Below are positions 59,001 to 64,000 of a DNA stretch of 64,000 bases, piece after piece. The stretch is taken from contig DAHXMW010000003.1 in assembly GCA_027371545.1 (NCBI GenBank), forward strand, positions 9,831 to 73,830. Reading direction: 5' to 3'. The position numbers and the translations under genes were made by a program. How positions within the stretch are numbered: position 1 is the stretch's first letter; every line of letters starts with the position of its first letter. The DNA is from Candidatus Micrarchaeota archaeon (GTDB lineage: Archaea > Micrarchaeota > Micrarchaeia > Micrarchaeales > CABMGC01). A model generated the notes under the pieces. It worked only from the letters and a program-made list of their open reading frames with translations. It did no database searches and was not told the DNA's origin.

Positions 59001-59601
59001 AATGGGCGGGGTGTGGCTTGGCACGGGAAACGAGAGGCAGTTCTTAGATTACCATAAAGCCATCTTCAGCACATCCCCCGCACCTCCAATCTCTGGCGAG
59101 CCGGTAGGAGTAGAGGTAGAAGGGCCTGATGCTGTTGGGTCTTTCTCCACGCTCTTCCAGTGGGTACGGGTAAGGACTTACCCTCCTGATGGAGTAATGC
59201 CTGAGGCGACTTTTGGTGCGGCAACTGTTGTTTCTTCTGCAACATGCACCATATCCCTTAATAACACTAAGATTAATTTCGGCACGCTTGTCCCGGGAGG
59301 GGTTGAGGCAACTAACAAAGGCATAGCGGATACAGACACCGGGACTGCGCCTTCCTACATTTATGTTTTTGGCTCGAATTGGGTATATGGAAGCAACAGC
59401 TTCGGAGTAAGTAATACAGTATGGGATGCTTCACAAGGAACGCGATACTCAATTGCGAATCCACTTACATCAGTTCCTTACAATACCCTTATAGACATAG
59501 GGGCTGGAACCAGCAATGATATCTATTTCGGGGTTGGGGTACCAAACGCGCAGGTTGCAGGGGCATACGGGCAGAATATAACCATAGAGAATAGCTGCTG
59601 A
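53026..59601 (+). CDS. Giant secreted repeat protein (4 DUF2341-like/lectin modules) with C-terminal pilin-like domain; candidate tip adhesin
   Basis: Signal peptide; four repeats of PFQQ...N.EFF..NG...SWLE...YWL...GEAPQLS...WVRVRAYPP.GVMP; no C-terminal TM. Confidence 0.8.
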   Translation: MEKAAALIMLLVLIFGAALLFGTAGAQKAVHGDVYSFAGTSNSIQNTSIKNSRGNYTSAGAYTAYGVTAPNGKDYSSSIKVASGYSNSTINYSSSGAQPSASFPPLIEYYIPIRLENTENISTQAPFQQEILINSSKYAQMENGNLSNIEFFYYNGTIIDSWLEGSASNNKLNDPQNASRLNTSTDTVYWLNISSGIAADSNLTVYMGFANLSDVLINGYSTGEAPQLSQAYGKYDNGADVFSMYYNGSGTGNLSLVNGGTLSSVSMVDPYGITSNVIQITGNGSTSKSPETVAWDRMPLGYNSFVIEGWGDIGTNLNALFSVRGNSSSSLSNYIVGDGWMGDEAVVAYLSSGANTALCSTGSRNAGWYWIEGIVNSTDLASYIYNRAPEEGGTLVANCTASSSLMGPQNKYAGIITWAGLTNPAYFAMIRVRAYPPDGVMPHEYIGNVSQVPSLSIQLPAQAMYGEESTIRASASNGNAGVMIKIDGKTVASGNGSAEYGICAGGSQTCLTPGTYNITVMNPGTGRKVMEHLDIAKGILHLMINADSAGFGAPNATGKIYVPINPLQHTYSISLHLYSNVEAGNKLGYAWSAFEGSRSIGQGSNTTENLSEYLNYSNIPVSDNLSVYLSSSSNQNYSAEDPNIFVVPTPIVYYVRVAITNLNTNAIPGPFQQIVPINALNYTPWEAPNLQNVMFFYKNGTVIPSWLESGRLENGNYIYNYSESGSLNKSWNTTYWIKLSNGLPVSSSTHIYMGFAYKNTNLLNNITTGENPTLSKTYAEYDDGYNVFNFYSDFRGTTLNTNKWVNNTVNTGYGKIIVDNGLTVVKSGKTGVIGNTPEIYSLRKLGQGILDFFGNFSPSQPNGQWSVFGYVSTEPNSINGNTNLSIVGGIGLNPEEYGLLTWNAVTIGKATGLAFGGYRLYSIQVPANNTATVNAMVNYTGLITSSTGIPVFPLNIGGFAQNSTYEIRWVRLRAYPDLSNNIQPFVVYSGTESYTSYALGTSSGQEQSSISLNFPTGYKTYLYAAGDGGNNRSTGMSVNWTVEASDSVVVGSTTKGKTTTDYYDNSSVGYSTYNVGNASSPSAVQGFAIAGIAINASPSSLAFYTGNGNVAGTYNSVLTYTVATSGSDVYIVAAGGNSSLAVFKMPDSRCSGVGGSNYSSGFASSWAIECLNQSAGTYSINFTSGGFTTGSPGPNGNAASELAAVEAPSEKSIFNEKGLPGGYRWDVTYDSETFNGVSPGGVGATTAPGNYLYSVPDQSIGGFLYTPSVSSGYLVAGNTTNVTFTKSAVVVPSGIVSYVPINFTNNQTIATPAPFQQMLIVNSSNYSAYEAGNLQNTEFFYGNGTVVPSWLEANNTNSSYHTIYWLKLAAGVPSNANFTVFMGWASKTTNLFNGNNIGEAPQLSGTYAEYDSGYRVFNFYSDFRGTALNTSKWSETTGTGGSYSVNDGLTIGEKDNYMTLVQSLTDFSNPEIVETDVNSNIMTTNYQGAAPFTGVGYSGAGDGISSGYAYWDLFLTNTSANPAYTFAPTWFLANDTTYMDRYPAPIFSLNGILGGVWLATGDEAMYYNYSRVTTWDNTGNKLQVTPIGVEATGVSGGSTNPWYATFHWVRVRAYPPNGVMPHAHFGTVVSSSPLTSFKEFGLFDNGETWSVTYNGVTESAVAPNNIVFSTAPGSYQFSIPSVSEGNILQSPSASSGSLKAGNTTFVAAFSCKSTVSSPSTVPSGIVKYFPLTLCNLQNSSTPAPFQQMLVVNSLNYSLYATSNLNNVEFFNASGSVIPSWMEGNSSNMMQSSNLYTSNDIVYWLKITNGIQAQNSLELFMGFAGNVISSSNDLLNAHLTGEAPQLSPSYGEYDDGANVFTLYDNFTGTSLNTSKWKEGIGSYGSLSMNNGLTLTEAPTATGKLNYTYIQSLATLSYPSVVETYAKSADMSTIADELGPFIGTGAVSGLVDGVNAGYAYNIENLSVNQRPYYILTNSTRYVASNVSSETINGIMGGVWLGTGNERQFLDYHKAIFSTSPAPPISGEPVGVEVEGPDAVGSFSTLFQWVRVRTYPPDGVMPEATFGAATVVSSATCTISLNNTKINFGTLVPGGVEATNKGIADTDTGTAPSYIYVFGSNWVYGSNSFGVSNTVWDASQGTRYSIANPLTSVPYNTLIDIGAGTSNDIYFGVGVPNAQVAGAYGQNITIENSC
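53335..59220 (+). repeat. Four long intragenic repeat modules with short identical DNA tracts
   Basis: 33 bp identical at 55384-55416 and 57271-57303; 27 bp at 56956-56982 and 58246-58272; 25 bp at 54326-54350 and 59177-59201. Confidence 0.85.
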
Positions 59602-59654
59602 GGTTTTGTGGCAGCATTTGTGGTGCATTTATATTCTTTTCCATTGAACTATAG

Positions 59655-60182
59655 TTGGTGCACATTATGAAGATAGGAAGCGGTATAAAGTTATTGATAA
59701 TGCAGATAGGCCTTACTGCGTTTACTTTGCTTATTTTGGTTTATTCGCAGGTAGGAAGCGTATTCGCAACGAGCAGCACAAGCAACGTTCTTGCTAATGT
59801 AGTGGTAAGTTCTGTATGCGAGATATCGCTCTCGCCTAACGCGATAACATTCGGCAATGTGGCTCCAGGAACATTCCATCCTACGAACGTTCTTGTTACA
59901 GACTCAAACAACGGAAACGCTAATGCAAATGCCATAGACATAGAGGGAACCAATTGGATACTCACATCCTCTGTGCAGTTCGGCGTATCCAACACCACCT
60001 ATAATATGGTCTCAAGCAGCTCTGCAATAACAGGCGTACAGCTGAGTAATACGATCACGCCAGTTGCAAACTCTGTTGTACCGGCAGGAGGCTCAAACAC
60101 GATATACTTCGGCGTGAATGTACCTGTAGCGCAGGCAGCAGGAACATACACCCAGAACATAATACTGGAGAACAACTGCTGA
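59655..60182 (+). CDS. Small secreted beta-sandwich protein; candidate major fimbrial subunit
   Basis: Signal peptide; VCEISLSPNAITFG...IYFGVNVPVAQAAGTYTQNIILENNC; homologous to the last ~125 aa of the giant protein. Confidence 0.75.
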   Translation: MVHIMKIGSGIKLLIMQIGLTAFTLLILVYSQVGSVFATSSTSNVLANVVVSSVCEISLSPNAITFGNVAPGTFHPTNVLVTDSNNGNANANAIDIEGTNWILTSSVQFGVSNTTYNMVSSSSAITGVQLSNTITPVANSVVPAGGSNTIYFGVNVPVAQAAGTYTQNIILENNC

Positions 60183-60189
60183 TTCCAGA

Positions 60190-60933
60190 GTGTTCCTGAT
60201 GAGGTATAGCAGCGCAGGCTTGAAGCTTGCGCCATTTTTATTTCTTGTGTTCTCTATCCTTTCTATCAGCTATGCGCAGTTCGGAGAAGTTGCAGGCCCT
60301 GTAAACTTCAATGTAACGTTGGGCTCTTCACAGACGCTGAACATGACCATAGTAAATACAGGCAATTCTCAAGTAAAATTTGTAGCAACGCTGGGATACC
60401 TGAGCAATGTGCTTAACGAGACGGCGCCGAATATAACAATAAGCCCATCGAACGGCACGATAGCAGGGCATACGCAGGAGACACTGGCAATAACAGTTCA
60501 TATGCCATCAACCGACACCCCTGGAACATCGTGGATAGGCATAGTCTCCGTAGCGGAGGTCTCGAATTCCACACCAATAGGCGGAGGGGCTTACCTGCAA
60601 GCCGGAGTTGCGAAGAATATCTCCATTCTTGCATCTAAACCTAAAGGAAGCATCGTACCTTACGTGATACTTCTCGTGCTGCTTATCATACTTGCAGTTG
60701 CGCTATGGTATTATACAAAGAACAGGAAGCATAATTCCATTAAAACCAAGAGAGAAGGGCCTGCTCGCATTGCTGCTGCAGAAAGAAGCGTAGCCGGAAG
60801 AAACGGATCTAAGAAGGCTACTGCTAAGAAAGGCAGTTCACGCCGAAGGAAAAGCGCAGGCGCAACTTCGGGAAGGAGAAGAAGCGCATCTTCAACTAAG
60901 CGGAAGAGCACGGCAAAGAGGCGTGCAAGGTAA
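60190..60933 (+). CDS. Ig-like membrane protein with Arg/Lys-rich cytoplasmic tail; candidate assembly factor
   Basis: Signal peptide, GSSQTLNMTIVNTGN (PapD/DUF916-like N-terminus), TM, long basic tail. Confidence 0.7.
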   Translation: MFLMRYSSAGLKLAPFLFLVFSILSISYAQFGEVAGPVNFNVTLGSSQTLNMTIVNTGNSQVKFVATLGYLSNVLNETAPNITISPSNGTIAGHTQETLAITVHMPSTDTPGTSWIGIVSVAEVSNSTPIGGGAYLQAGVAKNISILASKPKGSIVPYVILLVLLIILAVALWYYTKNRKHNSIKTKREGPARIAAAERSVAGRNGSKKATAKKGSSRRRKSAGATSGRRRSASSTKRKSTAKRRAR

Positions 60934-60938
60934 CTGGT

Positions 60939-62234
60939 CTATACTGTCCTTTCACTGGATTTCTTTTCTGCCTCGCCAGCAACATAATCGAACGCATCTT
61001 CTACCACATTGCTATTCCCTATCCCTACCAATGCATATTCGCCGACTGACAATCCCACCACGTTGTTTATGAATTCGATTTCTTCTGGGGCTACCTCTGA
61101 ATGGGGTGACGCAGTTGTGAAGAGCATGCAGTCGTATTCGCTTAGGTTGCTTATCCTGCTGCTTACATCATATGCAGTATCTGCAGGGAGGCGCATTGCG
61201 AGGGCCTTGTTGCTGCTGGACAGGTTCGTTCTTATCTCCCTTCCCCTGTTGCCTACAAATGCACCGCTTATATCGTATATCTTCCCGTATGAACTGCCGC
61301 TTGCTGAGGAACTGCCCTTGGAGCTTATGTAGCTCGGTGCGTTGGAGCTGAAGCGCCTCTGCAGGAGTATGCCTGCGCTCAGCAGAATTGCCGCGCCTAT
61401 GTATATAGGGGAGAAAGGAGTGCCTATGGTCAAGGCGGAGAACGCTATGGTAAGGAATGGTACCGTAAGTATCGCGTTGCCAAGGAAGACAGGCCCGAAT
61501 ATCTTCAGTGCGTAGAAATACAGGCTGGATCCTATGGCATAGCTGACCACGCCGAGGAAGGCTATCGTAAGTATATCTGTTGCATTAAGGCTTATGGCGA
61601 GATTTACGCCAGATGAAAGGGCGAATACGCCAAGGAAAGCGAATGAGGCGATGTTGAAGAGCACTACAGATGATACAGGATCTGCGTTGTATACTTTCAT
61701 GAGCAGATTTGATGAAGTAGCGCATAATGCTGAGATAAGAAGCGCGGCTATGAATGGGAGCTGTGCCAGGTTCAGGGAGAGCGATGGGCCTGTTGCCATT
61801 ATCAGGAATACGCTTGAGAAACCGAGGATTGTGGCAAATAGCTGCTTACCTGTTATCCTCTGCCTTAAGACGAGAGGGGAGAGAAGGGCCACGAATATCA
61901 CCCAGCTTCTGAATACTATGGCAGCAACGCTGGGGTTTGTGCCAAGCGTGCCGATGCCCAGGAATATTTGCGATATTGCATCGTTGAGAAGGCCCGTGAT
62001 AAGTATAATGATCAGCATGTTGCGCGATGTTATTATCTTCTTCACACCGCTAAGCTTATCGTGCCTGTAGCCTATCGCAAGCGCAGCTACAGAGGAGAAC
62101 ATGAATATGTAGAAGGCAAGGGGTATGTTGCCGATGCCGCTGGCGCCTACCTCTATCATTATTGGGAGGAACGCCAGCTCTATCACTGCTATTGCTATTG
62201 CAATATACCCTTTAGTCTTCAATCTCATGCTCAT
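60939..62234 (-). CDS. DMT/EamA family transporter with C-terminal soluble extension
   Basis: About 10 TM with EamA motifs (LVLRQR, YFYALK), followed by ~130 hydrophilic residues. Confidence 0.8.
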   Translation of the reverse strand: MSMRLKTKGYIAIAIAVIELAFLPIMIEVGASGIGNIPLAFYIFMFSSVAALAIGYRHDKLSGVKKIITSRNMLIIILITGLLNDAISQIFLGIGTLGTNPSVAAIVFRSWVIFVALLSPLVLRQRITGKQLFATILGFSSVFLIMATGPSLSLNLAQLPFIAALLISALCATSSNLLMKVYNADPVSSVVLFNIASFAFLGVFALSSGVNLAISLNATDILTIAFLGVVSYAIGSSLYFYALKIFGPVFLGNAILTVPFLTIAFSALTIGTPFSPIYIGAAILLSAGILLQRRFSSNAPSYISSKGSSSASGSSYGKIYDISGAFVGNRGREIRTNLSSSNKALAMRLPADTAYDVSSRISNLSEYDCMLFTTASPHSEVAPEEIEFINNVVGLSVGEYALVGIGNSNVVEDAFDYVAGEAEKKSSERTV

Positions 62235-62264
62235 GCCTGCGCGTGGTGCTTGAATATGATCCTT

Positions 62265-63353
62265 TCAGTACTGTTTCTTGGAGTGGAGGTGCAGCCTTAC
62301 GAACTTGTGCATGTAATCGAACTCCTCCTCTGTTAGCCTCCTGAATTCAGCGGAGTATATGTCCCTGCTCTGGTTGTGCCTGTGCTCTAGTATGCGTTCC
62401 GCAAGCTCATTTACCCTGTCGCTCTTGGCGACTGCGAGGTAGTATATCCTCTTGAATGCCTCCTCCGGAGGCCTGAGGAACGTCTTTATCGTCTGGCTTA
62501 TGTCAAGGTCGGATTCTATGAATGCAAGAGTGGCGAGTATCTCCTCCGCCTCTGCCCTGCGGATCCTGTGCAGCTTGGTGAAGTAGCTCCTGAACTCCTC
62601 GAAGCTCTTGGTCTTCTCCTTGCCCATAGCTATGGCCCTTACCATTGTGAGATTTGAGACCGGATGCATACCCATCCTGCTCATTATCCCATATGAAGCA
62701 TCGAGCATGTCGAACTCCTCTGAGACGCGGAAGGCGAGCTCAAAGAACCTTGCGCCGGCTCCCTGCACCATGGCGTCTACTTCAGGAGCGCCTATCTTTG
62801 CGATGCTCTTGACCTTCTTTACGCTGGAGAACACCTTGCTCAGCGCAGAATCAGGTCCGGAATAGTGGTTCTTGAGTATGTACCTGAAGTATTCCCTTGC
62901 GATGAGGCCTGCGTTGGTGTTTTTGTATATTGCGTAGTATGATGAATAGCTCGAGATCTTCGAGGATAGTACTTCCGTATAGTTGTTTTTCTTCCAGATG
63001 TTCGGGTTGATGTATATTGCATTGTCCCTGTAGTCGTACTTTACCGAAAATCCCAGCTTCATCTTGAGCTTGTCCTTCCTCTTTGAATCGTCAAGGAAGA
63101 GTATTGATGGGCTTCCGCTGACAGGCTTTGCATGCCTTGAGAAGAACATGCTTACGCTCTTGAGGCTCGAGTACGCATCTAGAGAATCCCACGCAGCACA
63201 CTTGTCATCGTTGCGGTGGAGGCTCTTAAGGTTGGTGAGCTCCTGGGAAGAAGCAGTGCCCTGTGCGTTGCCGCCATAACTGCCTTCCGTCATGGCTCCA
63301 ACTAATTCCATGTTGTTGGGTGCGTCTTTCATAAAGACCACAAATAGGTACAT
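62265..63353 (-). CDS. Hypothetical protein
   Basis: 362-aa ORF with no recognisable motif. Confidence 0.65.
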   Translation of the reverse strand: MYLFVVFMKDAPNNMELVGAMTEGSYGGNAQGTASSQELTNLKSLHRNDDKCAAWDSLDAYSSLKSVSMFFSRHAKPVSGSPSILFLDDSKRKDKLKMKLGFSVKYDYRDNAIYINPNIWKKNNYTEVLSSKISSYSSYYAIYKNTNAGLIAREYFRYILKNHYSGPDSALSKVFSSVKKVKSIAKIGAPEVDAMVQGAGARFFELAFRVSEEFDMLDASYGIMSRMGMHPVSNLTMVRAIAMGKEKTKSFEEFRSYFTKLHRIRRAEAEEILATLAFIESDLDISQTIKTFLRPPEEAFKRIYYLAVAKSDRVNELAERILEHRHNQSRDIYSAEFRRLTEEEFDYMHKFVRLHLHSKKQY

Positions 63354-63460
63354 TTATTTTACTCCTAAGATAATATTTAAAATAAGAGCATAAAAGAAGA
63401 ACATTTGCATTTTTTTAGGATTCTGTCAAGATATTTATATTTTGAGATGGATGTATTAGC

Positions 63461-64000
63461 ATGGAAGTCGATGAAAAGGAGCGGATGCTCCTTAGGGAAC
63501 TTAGCAATAACTCAAGGTCAACCATTACAAATCTATCTGAGGAGATAGGCTGCTCGCGCATAACTACTTCGAGGCTCCTGCGCAGGCTGACGGAGAAGCT
63601 GAAGATAAGGTTTACGCTTGAACTCAACACATCCAGGCTGGGAATAAGCGAGAGGCATATAGTGATGGTTAAGTTTGCCAGGAAGCCGGATGAGAAGGCG
63701 CTCAGGGACTTTTTCGGCGCGGATATGTATTCGCAGAATGTCTACCTTACCGAAGGGGATTACGATTTGCTTATATACGCCGTAACAGGGAATCCTGTCG
63801 ACTATATAAGGTGGGAGACGAAGGTAGCTTCAGAGCTCTCCGAATACGGGGTTGTGATACGGCCATCAGAATACGTATTTGCGCATTTTGGATATATGCC
63901 GCTAAGCAACGATTTCGTAGGCTTTATAGACAAGTACAACAAGCAGATAGACGAGGATGATAAGCGCATATTGGGCTTGCTCAACCAGGATTCCAGGATG
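63461..64000 (+). CDS. Lrp/AsnC-family regulator with tandem HTH units (runs off the window)
   Basis: Not in the ORF track. MEVDEKERMLLRELSNNSRSTITNLSEEIGCSRIT...GDYDLLIY; a second unit begins IDEDDKRILGLLNQDSRM. Confidence 0.85.
   Translation, partial: MEVDEKERMLLRELSNNSRSTITNLSEEIGCSRITTSRLLRRLTEKLKIRFTLELNTSRLGISERHIVMVKFARKPDEKALRDFFGADMYSQNVYLTEGDYDLLIYAVTGNPVDYIRWETKVASELSEYGVVIRPSEYVFAHFGYMPLSNDFVGFIDKYNKQIDEDDKRILGLLNQDSRM

Noticed and set aside
53026-59601. Diversity-generating retroelement target or template repeats
   Set aside because: Repeats are short identical tracts within coding modules, with no adenine-specific mismatch pattern and no reverse transcriptase in the window.

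Overview
Gene-dense archaeal chromosome segment. It looks like a DPANN archaeon of the Micrarchaeota/ARMAN type, an inference from the archaeal AcdAB, beta-CASP, AlaX and Mre11 genes, TATA-type promoters, GGTG-like RBSs, frequent TTG/GTG starts and N-X-S/T-rich surface proteins. Housekeeping content includes a HerA-like ATPase, AlaX, a beta-CASP nuclease, SSB, classical-type mevalonate enzymes, an Fe/B12-type ABC importer, tRNA-Arg(CCG), Hsp20, a solute:sodium symporter, an AT-rich glycosylation cluster, ADP-forming acetyl-CoA synthetase and Mre11. Three observations stand out. (1) A candidate donor-strand fimbrial operon at 50161-60933: membrane anchor, MinD, a 2191-aa repeat adhesin ending in a pilin-like domain, a small free pilin-like protein and an Ig-like membrane protein. 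(2) A Ced/VirB-like cluster at 1-8685: two CedA/VirB6-like membrane paralogs, a VirB2-like pilin and a nearby HerA-family ATPase. (3) A 41-aa, 11-Cys metallothionein-like ORF at 6437-6562 that is missing from the ORF track. No CRISPR array, rRNA, transposase or integrase was seen. All family calls come from reading motifs by eye; no database searches were run.
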